DNA of 64,000 nt, taken from positions 45,907,188 through 45,971,187 of the forward strand of contig NC_068986.1 of NCBI RefSeq assembly GCF_001194135.2, in the 5' to 3' direction. Source of the stretch: Octopus bimaculoides (Eukaryota). This document shows, one piece after another, positions 35,031 through 48,200 of the stretch; within the stretch, counting starts at the first letter, position 1, and each line of letters opens with the position of its first letter. The notes under the pieces are model-generated. The model was not told where the DNA came from. It did not search any database and was given only the letters and a program-made list of their open reading frames with translations. Both the position numbers and the translations under genes were made by a program.

Positions 35031-37304
35031 CTGAAAAGATAAAACAAAAGCTTTTATTTAGAATTGATATTTACAATAAGGATGCACTCACACTTTTAAC
35101 AGGATAGCCCTCATTTTAGAATGTATATTTAAATACTTGAGCTGTACTCATCACAAAAAAAATCATCCTTCGAGTAGTTATTTCTATGTGAGAAGACTAG
35201 TGCAGAAAATGTTCCTTAACAGAGATGATACTAAGAGAGGAATCATTTATTGTTGCTCATGTCAATTAAAGTAGGGATTTTAATAGTGCTCTTAAATTTG
35301 GTATCAGCTAATTGTCATTTAAGAATTAAGCAAAAGCACAATAAAGTATGAAATTGAATATCATAATATAAGGGAATTAATGAAAGCAATAATTTTGGTT
35401 AACAGAAAAATTTCTACATGAATTTTCTTCAAAATTCAGATGAGAAAGTCATTGAAATTTATTATTTATCAGTGAAAATTGTGAAGTTGTATGACTATGC
35501 TTTTGATATAAATATAAATATATATATATATATANNNNNNNNNNNNNNNNNNNNNNNNNNNNNNNNNNNNNNNNNNNNNNNNNNNNNNNNNNNNNNNNNN
35601 NNNNNNNNNNNNNNNNNNNNNNNNNNNNNNNNNNNNNNNNNNNNNNNNNNNNNNNNNNNNNNNNNNNNNNNNNNNNNNNNNNNNNNNNNNNNNNNNNNNN
35701 NNNNNNNNNNNNNNNNNNNNNNNNNNNNNNNNNNNNNNNNNNNNNNNNNNNNNNNNNNNNNNNNNNNNNNNNNNNNNNNNNNNNNNNNNNNNNNNNNNNN
35801 NNNNNNNNNNNNNNNNNNNNNNNNNNNNNNNNNNNNNNNNNNNNNNNNNNNNNNNNNNNNNNNNNNNNNNNNNNNNNNNNNNNNNNNNNNNNNNNNNNNN
35901 NNNNNNNNNNNNNNNNNNNNNNNNNNNNNNNNNNNNNNNNNNNNNNNNNNNNNNNNNNNNNNNNNNNNNNNNNNNNNNNNNNNNNNNNNNNNNNNNNNNN
36001 NNNNNNNNNNNNNNNNNNNNNNNNNNNNNNNNNNNNNNNNNNNNNNNNNNNNNNNNNNNNNNNNNNNNNNNNNNNNNNNNNNNNNNNNNNNNNNNNNNNA
36101 TAATATATGTATGTGTGTGTGTGTTTGTGTGAGTGTTTAGTTGTCCAATGAATTTTCACAAGTTTGAAAAAAAGAGACACTCATATTTTTAGGTAATAGA
36201 GTTGGTACATTATTCATGCAAAGTTATAAATTTAATTTCTTGATAGCTATTTCATGTTACCAAATGCTTTCATGTTGAAGAACCTTTCAAGTGTGAAAAG
36301 AACATGCAACAACCATATAATCATCAGACATGACTGAATAAAAGAGTATAGTTATACTCGACTATTCTGAGACTGGTTTATAATACTGTATTTGTGAATG
36401 AATTCATGGTTGCTTAGCCAAGATACCTGGATTTTATTCAGTTCACCACTGAATAAAATATGTTTAATAAATTTTGTAATAATATAAATTTAGTTTGCTA
36501 GTGGATACACAATATATTAGTTCTGATAGTTCTGTTGTAAAAATTAAGTCACAGTTTAGTAGATATGGCCTAAATTTTATTACAAAAACGAATAGATTTG
36601 TAAAAATGTATAACAAAATAAATTTCTTCAAAAAATAAATAAATAAAATAAAATATAAATTCTATTTAGCATTTAGAGTTTATATGATCTTGAAGATATT
36701 GAAATAATTCATTGAATAGCAATTGTAGTTTGTAAAAAAACAGAACTACTTGATGAATTACAGAGTCCTGCTTTTGTGATGTTAAGGAGTTAAGAAATAA
36801 ATTTACTTAGATAGAATGTTATGTCTATTACAAGTATATTTTGTTGAAAGTTCCAATACCTATTCCCTACCTCTGGTAAACTGATGCAAAATGGAATTAT
36901 CAGGTTTAGCAACATAATAAAACACTTTATAATCAATATATTCTCAAAGTAAAGGTTGTGTCTATGCAACTCACGTCAGATGTAACATGTCAAGTAAGGA
37001 AGTAGAGGAGAATATGATGATGATGATAATGAGAATAATTATGATGGGGATGAAACTTATCCCACAGCTTGCCTGATAATGTAAGAGTAGCTCAAGGCAT
37101 TAGTTCAACAGTGAAAGATATTGACAATACAATATTCCAAGTAAAGGAAATCTTAAGTTAATGACAAAGAAAAAATATGCTTAACTTTCTTGAAATTTCA
37201 AGTTGATATGATATTTCATCAGCAACAATAACTCAATTTTCATGTGATATATAGAAACATTGAACAATTTTTTTGTTGAATACTGAGAAATGATTTTTAC
37301 TTAC

Positions 37305-37419
37305 TGCAATCACCACGAGATTCCACTTCAATTAGTTTTTGATCGCGACATGAAGCAACCTTTAGTTCACACTCATTCTGGTAAGAAATCCTGTTTGTTC
37401 CACATACCTTATTCTCAAC
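37305..37419 (-). CDS. AGRN: Agrin exon: Kazal half of follistatin module b
   Basis: tacttcag/gtaagt, phase 0-1, 115 nt; VENKVCGTNRISYQNECELKVASCRDQKLIEVESRGDC. Confidence 0.93.
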
Positions 37420-37709
37420 CTGAAGTAGATTACAGAAACCATTCAGGTATAATAAAAAAAAAAAATGATATTTCCAATTATGTTATACAGGAAGCTCTAT
37501 GTAGAAATACAGTTTACTGAAAATTAAAAAACTTCAAGATCTTAGAAGTAACTTGATCTATGTTTCTGCATGTAGATATAAGGTTTTCTGCCGAAGTATA
37601 ATTCCATTCACTGATTTTGGTTTCCATTTGAGAGATATTAGATAGAATGTATTATGATTATTAAATAAAAATTAAACAGATTCTAATTGTAATTGAAATT
37701 TCTTACACC

Positions 37710-39795
37710 TGGCAGATGTCACTTTTGCACCACTCAGGCAACAACCCCCATGTCCTCCAGGGTTTTCCTCTTTTGGCAGATGGGGGCCCTGGTGGCTTTG
37801 CCCTAGTTGCTTCATAAAGCTGAGGTATGTCCCTGGAGGAAAGAACTTTTGGGTTCATACAAGAGGTTATTGCTGCTGAGGGTTTTATGAGGTTGTGCAG
37901 ATACTACCTCAACTTCTTTTAGTTGCCTTTTACAATGCACAGCGGAGTGCCAATCCTGGAGACCTATTCAGGTGGGGACTCAGAATGTCCTTTCACTGAG
38001 GGATGATTCCTGTCTGGCCCTGATGTCTTTGAAACTCAGCCATTTGTAAGTTGTTGTAGCAGCCCTATCAGAGGTGTGTCAGCCAGAGGAGGGTGACATC
38101 TCATGAGTGGTTACACCTACCACTGGTCTGGGTGCTCTAAGAGTTAGCTTGCCAGTGTGGTAGCAGCTGCAATGGTCAGCAGGTTGGTTCTAATTATATT
38201 AAATGTAACACCTGACAATGAGTGTATTATGTGGCCAAGGATTCAACATTCTCCAACCAGCTGTGCTCTGTTGTGGAGAGTATCCCCAATAGGAACACAT
38301 TCTTAGTCATAGGAGATTTCAATGCATCACTTGGGGTTGACAGAATCGATTACAAGTGTTGTCAGTCTTTTTATGATCTGGTACTAGGAATGAAAGTGGT
38401 GTGATGTTCCTGGATTTTGTCAAAAGCCATGAACTTTGCATAGCTGGGTCCTGGCCCTTACATTCAGAGCAGCATTGCTGGACTTGGTATTACAATGCTG
38501 GCCATGTGGCTAAGGAGATCGACCACATATTTATAGATGGCTGCTAGAGACTCCTACAGAACTGCAGGGTTTTTCAGAGTGTTAGTTTTTTGAGCACTGA
38601 ACATAGACTTGTTATGGCTGAATTGAAATTGAGACTGAAGTCTAAGAAGCTGAAGGCAGCAACTTCTAGAATGGATATCAACAGGCTCAAAGATCACAGT
38701 GTAAGCAAGACTTATTTGCAGTAAGTTGGATCTGTGTTACTTGGGGTTGACTCCTCAGCTGATCCTGTGGAAATGTGGGAAACTTACAGAGACACCCTAC
38801 TGGTTTCCAAAATCAAGCCAGGAAACATTTCCATTCCATGTGAAGCAGTGATGGAGCATAGCTGCTGGGTGAGACTGGGTGGAGTCCCTTATTATTTGCT
38901 TTGAGGGCTGACATGTGGGATAGTCAGTGCACTGAGGTCCAACAAGGAAAAGCAAGTCTGAGAAATCTATGAGGACGTTGGGAATCAGCTTCACATCGCT
39001 ATGCTGTGTGGTGGAGCCTCTCACTAGGTGTTCTGGAGTATTAAACTCTGATGGTACACTTCTGATGCTGGAGCCCAAGGTGGCAGCTCAGTGGGTAGTA
39101 TACTTTGAGGAGTTGTACAAGGGGGACCTACCTAGTACTGATCTGAATATCAAGATGTCTTCAGCATTGGTGGCTGACCTGCCAGTCAGCTGTGATCTAC
39201 TATTTGAATATGAGTTCATATGGTGGTAAATCAACTGAAGAGTAGGAAGGCAGCAGGAGTTTGTGGCATCCATGAGGATATAATCAAGAAAGGTGGGCCT
39301 GCTGCAGTCTTGCTCTTGTGGCAGATAATCTGTTCAATCTGGAACAGCAGCATATGACCTGACTGAAGGAGGGGCATAATTGTCTCACTTTGGAAAGGTG
39401 AAGATGACTGCTGTGATTGCAACAATTATAGGGCTATTACACTCTTCTCAGTACCCAGTAAAGTCTTTGCCAGGGTTACTCTGAATAGAGTGCAAAATTA
39501 CCTGGTCACATTTCAGTGGCTGGAACAGTCAGAGTTCACACCAAAGAGGTCAACTATCGAAAGGATCTTGGCTCTTTGTGTACTCATTGAACACCTGATG
39601 AGCTTTCAGCAGATGCTGCTTGTAGCTTATGTTGACATCCATAAGGTGTTTGACTTCGTGGACTGAGATATACTTTAGAAGGTTCTGAAGCTGTGAGGTA
39701 TACCTCCTCAACTGATTGGGCTGATGTTGTTCTTGAACAATCAATGCAGTTCAGATTGGGACTCAACATCTGACCTTTTCCCAGTTAGCAGATGG
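37710..39795 (+). mobile_element. RTE-clade LINE, 5' part (5' UTR, AP endonuclease, start of RT), 3'-truncated
   Basis: VGTQNVLSL...AALSEV, YTYHWSG, VIGDFNASLG, KEIDHIFI, KAAGVCGI, RGIIVSLWKG...CNNYRAITLLSVPSKVFA, VDIHKVFD. Many stops; ends before the GVRQG motif. Confidence 0.9.
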
Positions 39796-40785
39796 AAAGA
39801 ACAGTTTATTTTGTTATGGTACAAAGCTCTGTTTACAAGTAAGTATATGAAAGCAACTGATCATATTGATTCCATTGCATGAGTATTAAGAAAAATGAAA
39901 TTCAAACTGTCTTGAGGATTCAAATTTAGTGAACCTCTAAAGCAGATATTGTAAAGCATCCAATTTGGTGCCCTACTGATTCAATATCTGCTACTAGACA
40001 AATGGTTTTCAGAGTACAATTGATATAAAGGCAAAATATTAATAAGAATCCAAGAGAAATTTAATTAGACCCTAAATACACTTCAAAATCAGCTATCTCA
40101 TTTAATTGGTAATTACTGTATTATAAATTAGAAAGTCACCAAATATTAACTAAATTTTAAAATATTTTATATAAATAGGTTTCTGATAATTCATTTCTAA
40201 ACATTATTCTATTTTCATTTATAATATGATATATTATGAAAATTTTCTCTGTCTGAAGATTTTCTAATAGGAAATTCCTTACATCTCTATATAACATGTA
40301 AATCTTTTTAATTCCTATTAGCAAATGAAACATGTGTAACAGAGAATAAGCAATACCATATCTATTGATATAGGAGTAACATACAATTATTTTTCATATA
40401 CAGAATAGAAAGAGAATTTAAGTTGTCATGATTAAAAAGTGTTCCACAAACTGTATTGTGCAATTTGTGGTAGAATTATTATACCAATTTAAAACATACA
40501 AAAGTACTATGTATTATTAAGTATCCCAAATCTTTTTTCATATATCAAAATAGTCACCTATTCTCTACTCCACTGTGCCTGATAAACTGAAATACAGTGG
40601 AATAAAATTTTAACGACCAGATCACAGATGTACATCAATACTTCAATACTTACTAATATATAAATACCATTGTAAAATAAGGCAATGTAACTCCTTGAAT
40701 TTTAACGGGAAGTCTTGGATCAAATCTGTTGGATAATTACACCACTAAAATATTTACCAGTTATAAAACAAAAAACATGATTTAC

Positions 40786-40877
40786 CTCCACACAGGCCGA
40801 TGGACATACACATTTGGCATTTTTACCATCACTTTGACAAACGGCATAGAATTCGCAGCGTTGATTTTCACAACCAT
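40786..40877 (-). CDS. AGRN: Agrin exon: N-terminal half of follistatin module b
   Basis: gaatacag/gtaaat, phase 1-0, 92 nt; (N)GCENQRCEFYAVCQSDGKNAKCVCPSACVE. Confidence 0.93.
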
Positions 40878-42749
40878 CTGTATTCGAAAGAAAAGCAAAA
40901 CTGAAAATGAGGCTGATTGAAATGAATTGAATTTCAGCGAATTACTGTGATTCCAACTAGAAAATAACATTTTTCTGGAAAAGTAAAGGTGGTGGAGTGT
41001 TGTGAACCTGTTAATATACACTTATTTATATAACAAACAATGATATCACAAGAAAAATATTTCTAAAATGACATGGGAGAAGGTATGGCTATGTGACCAA
41101 GAAGTTTGTTTTGGAACCATATGGTTCCAGGTTTCAGTCCACTGCTTGAGAAGGCACCATCTGCCACAGCCTCAAAATGACCAATACTCTGCGAGTAGAA
41201 TTATTCAGTAGAAACTGTATTGAAGCCCTTTGTACACATGCATGTGTGCATGCAATTACATTTGCAGTGCTGTTTGAGTATTCGACAAAACACCTTGTGG
41301 TGTTTGCTCAAGTTCTCTTAGTTCTTTGCACAATGAAGTAAAATCGTGCTTTGACCATCTTCGCTTTGATTTTCTTTGTGAGTTAGTAAATAAAGTACCA
41401 ATACAATTTGGTAGATTAATGGAATGTTAGCATCTCAGACAAAATGTCTTGCCATGTCTATTTTGGTTCTGTGCATTCTGAATTCAAATCCTTCCCCCTG
41501 TCAGTAGTAAAAACTGAGTCTGTCAGGATCCAGCATAATAGTCAACAAGTTTGGGATGTTCTCAAGCAAGTGTCCAAGTATTTTTAATGCTTATTCTCTT
41601 TCACTAGCACATCTGATTGTATGAGATAATGCAAAATGACTTTTATACCCCCATATCTCTCTCTCTATGTGTGTGTGTGTGTGTGTGTAGGCACTGGCAT
41701 GGCTGTGTGTGGTTAAGAGGTTCACTTAACTACTACACTGTACATTGTTTCAGCTTCAGCCCCACTACTTGGCACCTTGGGCAAATGTCTTCTGTTGTAG
41801 CCCCAGGTTGACCAATATCATAGTGAATTTGGTAGAAGTAAGCTGCAAAGAGCTTGTTGTGTATATATTTATGTGTGTGTGTGCATGTGTGCATGCAAAT
41901 ATGAACATATATTTATATGTATGTGTGTGTATGTGTATATGTATTAGTTTACATTTGCAATTCTGCAAAAATTGTTCACGTATCATTGATCATGTTGCTA
42001 TCATCTTTCCTATCAATTAGTCATTTCTTAGCTTTTCCCCTTTGATTACGTATGGAATAAAATATTCCTTACTTAAAAACCATGGAAAGGACAGTGACAG
42101 GTAGAGCTACAAAATTTATATATATATAACTTATTGATGTATATTAACAAAAGATGTAAACATCATGAAAAGGATGTCTAAATAAAAAGAAAACAACCAA
42201 AAACTATGTATGGTCTTTGCTTTGAACTGAGCTGTGGAAAAATCGGAAAAATGTAAAAAATAGTGTTATTAATGAACTTTTCTCTGTTCTTCCATTTAAT
42301 ATATTAGATATATTAAAAAAACTATATTGCAATGCAATATGACATTCCACAGCCATTATAATTTGTCACTTGTCACACTTGCAATCAAAAATGCAATGAG
42401 TGGATCTTTGAAAACATTTATTGTTCACCAAACACATTATAGAATTAAAAGAATATAAGTGTTATACAATTGCCTAATCACCGGATTCATTTGACAATAA
42501 TCACATTATTGGAGTCATATTATACAGTCATGGCATGACGAGAGTCATAAACACAATTTCCTATTTGTTCTGACACTGCAATTTGTTCAGTCATTAATGA
42601 AATTTTCATGTTAAGAATGAATTTTTGAGATCATTCTAATATCTAATATTAATCTGAATATTAATCTAAGTTTGTGTGAGAGGGTAAAAATAAATATATC
42701 CTAAATTAAAGAAATAATTAATAGAATTTTAGAAGAAAATAAAACATAC

Positions 42750-42852
42750 TGCAAAGTCCTTTGTGTTTCACTTTTACATCAGACCTCTTTTGGCAGTTTT
42801 CTAGTCTCAGTTTGCATTCATTCGTATATGATATGCCATTCATGCCACATAC
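42750..42852 (-). CDS. AGRN: Agrin exon: Kazal half of follistatin module a
   Basis: ttctgtttccag/gtatgt, phase 0-1, 103 nt; VCGMNGISYTNECKLRLENCQKRSDVKVKHKGLC. Confidence 0.94.
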
Positions 42853-45800
42853 CTGGAAACAGAACATTGGAGAGAGAAGCATGTATAAAATACTATTGTT
42901 ATAACTTTTTCTCTATTCATACATTTAATATGCAGTAGATGAATTACAGAGACTATATTACAATGTAATATGACATTTCCTGAATCACTATGATTTCTAT
43001 CTCATTGTATGACAATTAATTTCATGCTTTTGATTATTTAAGTAGCTTTTTAATACATTTCCTATTGTAAAATGCTGTTGTATCAACAAGATATTCAAAA
43101 TTGAGAAATGTGACTTCAATTCTCATTTAGAATTGTGAAAACCTGAAAAGTTCCTCCTTTATTTTTTTATTTGGTTTCTATAATGTAACCAAAGCAGTGC
43201 ATCTCAGTGCCAGATAAGTAACGCAGACGTGTTAGGAGTCTTTACATATATCTGTTAAAGCCAGATTCTTATTGCTAAAAAACTGGGAGAAATGATTTTA
43301 GAACAATCTAATGGTAGAGGAAGGGAAGGTAAGAGAGGACATAGAGGTAACAAATGCCAAAGAAGTAACAGATGGAGAGAGGAGAAAATACAAGAAAAGT
43401 CAGTAGAATTGAAAACTTTGAGGAGAGATGATTAAGGAGGTTATGATTAAATTTTTCTTATAGCATTTCCTTGTTATTACATCAGGGAAATGTTATAAGA
43501 AAACCCCTAATCTTTATTCTCAATACTTCCTTCCCTTAGTTATTAGCATATTGTATTTTCCTCACCCACCTGAATTCTTGAGTCTGCTTTAGAAAATGAT
43601 GGAAAAAGAGCATAAAAGGGGGGATCAATTATCTTAAACTGGATAGAGTAGATGGCATTCTTAAGCTGTGTGTACCAAACAAATGTTATATCAATTAATT
43701 TTAATATACTTCTCTGAATATATAGGACCCTGATTGTGCACTCCTCTTTGACCAAAGTTGTAAAACAAGGCTAAAATCCTTTGCATTTGTAATGGCATTT
43801 ACGAGGTATTTAGACTCTTTCTCTTTCTAAACTTGAGATGATGGAAGTAGCATCATTGTACCATATTAAAAGAATATGTTACAGGTTAGATTTCTCTCTC
43901 TCAGAATCAGTACAGAGGGAAACAAGCTGTAACTGAAAGTTGGAAAATACTGCAAAATCCTTGATAATAAATACTATAAAAAAAAAAGCAACTTCTATGA
44001 TACATACAGATTTACTTATTTAAGAGAAATTGAATATAGACTGATTCTGGTAAATAACCGAAGGTCATAACATTCACTTTACCATTTATTTGTTAAGTCA
44101 TTAGACTGTGGCCATGCTGGGACACAACCCCAAAAGTTTTAATTAAACAGTTTATTGAGTACTTACTTTATAAGTCTGGTACTAATTCTGCTGGTCTTTT
44201 TTGCCAAACCACTAAGTTATGGGGATTTAAACAAACCCACACTAGCTGTCAAACACAGATGCAAGGACACACACACACACACACACATATGCATACAATG
44301 GGTTGGGTTTCCATTAAGTTTCCTTATACTAAAATCATTTGTAAGACATTGATCAGCCTCAAGCTATATTAAGATACTCTAGACTAAGGTCACAGGTGTT
44401 GGACTGAACATGAAACCACATGGTTACAAAATGAGCTTCTTAGCTACAAAGCCATGCTTGTGCTTACTGTATACTGTGCATAGAGTGCTTTTTTTTTCAT
44501 TTAAGCTACAATGGTGTTATTACAACAACATAAAATTTAACTTGAAAAATGTTAGTAATAAAATTAAGATAGTAAACCTATGTCTAAGCATGGTATCTTC
44601 GACATGAATTCTATCAATTATTTCTGGGAGTCAGTAAAGTGCAAAGGATGGATTAGTTTTATGTCCTCCAGAAATTTTATATCTTTATTAGCTCTCAGGA
44701 ACAAGGCATATCTTTTACTTTAAATTCTGAAGCTGTGGTCTATTTCTATAACATCACTTGCAATATTTCCTTATACTTAGTTAACTCTTTTCAAGAGACT
44801 GTTCCTGGTTTCTTCTTTTGAAGTGTTTTCATCAACTATCTATGAGTCTGTTGTTTTCTCTTTTGTGAAAAGATAAGGAACAAGAAAGGTGAGTTTGTTT
44901 CTATATGCTTGTTAACTGGTATTCACAAAGTGTATCTATATCTTGGTCAAGCATAATGTGTCCCTCAGAGTATTACTAGTGAGAACAAACAGCTATCTTT
45001 TATGGAAGAGGAGGCAAATGATTCACATTTTAAAGCGTTAACAGCAGTAAAGTTGTAGTTGGTTCTTTTGAGAAACACCAGTACAATACAGACTGATATG
45101 GCTTTTAATGATAATTGTAAAATATTTTACTGATTTTCTCTGCCAAAGATGGTTAAAGGGAGCATACATTTGGTTTATATTTGTTTGCAAATTCTATAGA
45201 ATGGGTATTTGGAGTGGTTGGCATTGGGAAGGGCATCCAGCTGTAGAAACACTGTCAGATCAGACTGGAGCCTGGTGCAGCCTCCTAGCTTCCCAGACCC
45301 CAGTTGAACCGTCCAACCCATGCCAGCATGAAAAACGGACGTTAAACGATGATGATGATAGTAGATGGAAACTGAAAGAAGCCCATCTTGCGTGTGTGTG
45401 TGTGTCTTTATGTCTGTGTTTGTTTGTCCTGCACCACCACTTGACAGAAGAGACCAATAGAATAAGTACCACACTAAAAAGGAAAAATAAGTACTAGGGC
45501 TGATTCATTTGACTAAAAAAAATCTTCACGGTGATGCCCTAGCATGGCAGCAGTCTAATTAAAATAAAAGATATATATATACCCTCGCCACACACATATT
45601 ATTGATTTTTGATACAGATTTTTCTATGTTTGTGTGGGTCAGAGGGGATTCAAGAGGCCAATTTTCTATGGCTATGTGTGTTTCTTGTCGCCAATTCCTC
45701 ACCTGTCTATCAGTAAGCTAATATTTCCTTATGACCAGAGAAGTTTCCACAGATGATTGAAATCTAACAGCAAGGTAATTTTAAAATAGTGGTACCCAAA

Positions 45801-45867
45801 TTCATGCTATTACATTCACTCACTCATGCATACACACACACATGCATACCTACACACCTACTCACAA

Positions 45868-45908
<41 letters not shown>

Positions 45909-46199
45909 ACAATTGTTTCCCTTTACCAAATCCATTCACAAATCATTGCTATATATATGTATGCATACATATATATATTATTGTNNNNNNNNNNTATATA
46001 TATATATATATATATATATATTTAGTGCCAAAACGAAATGGCACTGCTCCAGCATGGCCACAGTCATTGGACTGAAACATATAAAAGAATATATAATTTT
46101 TTATCAGGCAAGTCATAGCTTGCTTACTGACCTTGTGAATTACAAACACAGAACTCCAGAGTACCTCACTGGAACACCACATGCATTTCCCACAAACAC

Positions 46200-46465
46200 T
46201 TCAAGATAACTCTTACCAGCTTTACAGTAAATTCAACCAAGGGACATAACTCCTAATCTAAACCCCCTGCCCGTTTTTGTCTCACCATTTTTTTTCAGAG
46301 CAACCACAAACTGGATATGTCAATTCACCTCCGACAATAGAGAGCAGTCACCGTATTCCCTTCCACATCAGCTATCTCTGATGAGCGTAAGATTATATAA
46401 TTGGATTGTTACCTAACACTCCATTGTATTCCTAGCACGAAACTGATTGGTAAAATAAGCCATGA
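46200..46465 (+). mobile_element. Penelope-like terminal-repeat fragment with degenerate hammerhead-ribozyme motif
   Basis: CTGATGA (46378-46384) ... GAAAC (46439-46443) ... GTA|AAATAAGC, with partial helix I complement gctatct upstream. Confidence 0.45.
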
Positions 46466-46563
46466 TGGATATATAATACTGTACATTTCAGATAATATAC
46501 CCACTCTATTGACAGATATATGAGTGTATTTTTTCCCTGACTTATGGACACCTAAATGACTCA

Positions 46564-46602
<39 letters not shown>

Positions 46603-46612
46603 NNNNNNNNNN

Positions 46613-46656
<44 letters not shown>

Positions 46657-47202
46657 CTTACACACATGCGTGCATGTGTGAGTGTTTGTGCAAGTATGTA
46701 CTGTGTATATGTGTAATTTTAGAGTTAAAGTATGTTAGCATTAACAATTATTTAATTGTAAGTTATTAAAATGCCCATATTCAGAAAAGAGCCATTTAAC
46801 TGATTGGTATAAAGTCACTCCTAGACTAGTCTGCCTTTTCTGTTGCAACTAAATGGTCCCCACTGCTTAGAACTAGCTAGGCTCATGCTACTTCCATTAA
46901 GGCACTTGTGACTCATTTGTCTTTCTTATTCCTCTCTTCATGCCAGTTGTGTCAAATCCTATCAGAATTTGCACAAAACTCTATGCCCAGTCGCCCTTCT
47001 CAGAGCGTCTGCTTTCTGGAACTCTTTCCTTGCTCTTGTCTTTCCTGCAGGAGTTGGTTTGTAATGATTCAATAAGAACATTAATATATTAATCTCACCA
47101 ATTTCAGAGGCTTGCAAAGGCATGGCAGCCATCCCTTCCTCCGGTTCTAGTAAGCGAAAAAAAAAAAAAGAAAAAATTAAAAAGGTATACTTTTTAACTT
47201 AC

Positions 47203-47312
47203 TGGATCAAATTCCTCTGAACAAGTTGGGCAGTCACATTCAGCCCTTCCTTCACGAACTACGCACACTCCGTGGAAATTGCAGTGGTGGTTTAAGCACG
47301 GTTGCTTCACAC
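47203..47312 (-). CDS. AGRN: Agrin exon: N-terminal half of follistatin module a (most 5' exon found)
   Basis: tttttatag/gtaagt, phase 1-0, 110 nt; (G)VKQPCLNHHCNFHGVCVVREGRAECDCPTCSEEFDP. Confidence 0.93.
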
Positions 47313-47759
47313 CTATAAAAAATATACTGTTTTATTTAACCAGTCAAGCATTAACAGAAGCTTAATTCTGATTTATTTGGCAAAATATAATGTTGTGAAA
47401 GGTATAACAAGCAAATTCTAAAACAGTTAAAGAAATCTCTCACCAATCATAAACATCATCAAACATATATGTTTAAAAGTGACTGTAGCACTGATAAAAT
47501 AAAATATGGCAAATGCATTGAGTGAAAGATGTGCTATATTTTATGATTGTAAACCACTCTACAGGAAAACTCATTTTGAAAGATGAAAATTAATCTAAAA
47601 TGTGAATAAATATGTTTTCAAAACTATTGTTCTTCTTGCTGTTGTCATTACCATTGTCATTATTATTGTGCCATTATGATATTTATTTTATGTTATTGCT
47701 GTTGCTACTTTATCTATTGTCATTGTTGCAAAGCACAACACTGCTTTTCAAAACATGGA

Positions 47760-48200
47760 AAGTGAGTAGCAGAAGCCATACCTGATATGTGACAGAATGT
47801 GTCCTCCATAGACTAAGGAAGTGTGTATTTAGTGTCTGAGAATGAGGATGAGGCAAGGAGACAGTTTGTGAGTCGTATACCTGCCTACAAGCTGGTGTCA
47901 CAAAATGTTAGACATATTGGAACTACAGCTAGAGATGTTGGCACAAATATAAAATCTTGAATTATTGCCACCTTTATGCAGCACTATGGGAATGTGGTGA
48001 ATGCAGAGGTAACTTGCATCAAATAGTGGTCAAGTAGGATCTGTGTAGACACCTAGGTCCCTATGACCTCAAAGACAATGAGGCCTTCCTAAAAATGTAC
48101 CTCACTGAGGAAATAGAGAGATGGTCAATGAAACTGGTGGTACTGAGATCTTTCCAGAACACTAGTAATCATAGCCCCAGGAATGGCTGGAGTAGAAACA
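47760..48200 (+). mobile_element. Possible degenerate LINE ORF1/gag-like fragment
   Basis: Interrupted frame ...RQFVSRIPAYK...IIATFMQHYGNVVNAEVT resembles the RRM-like region of L1/Tx1-type ORF1. The resemblance is weak. Confidence 0.3.

Noticed and set aside
35418-36180. Long ORFs of 240+ aa, and similar ones at 54088-55111 and 60474-61180
   Set aside because: They are artefacts of N runs translated as X plus (TA)n microsatellites.
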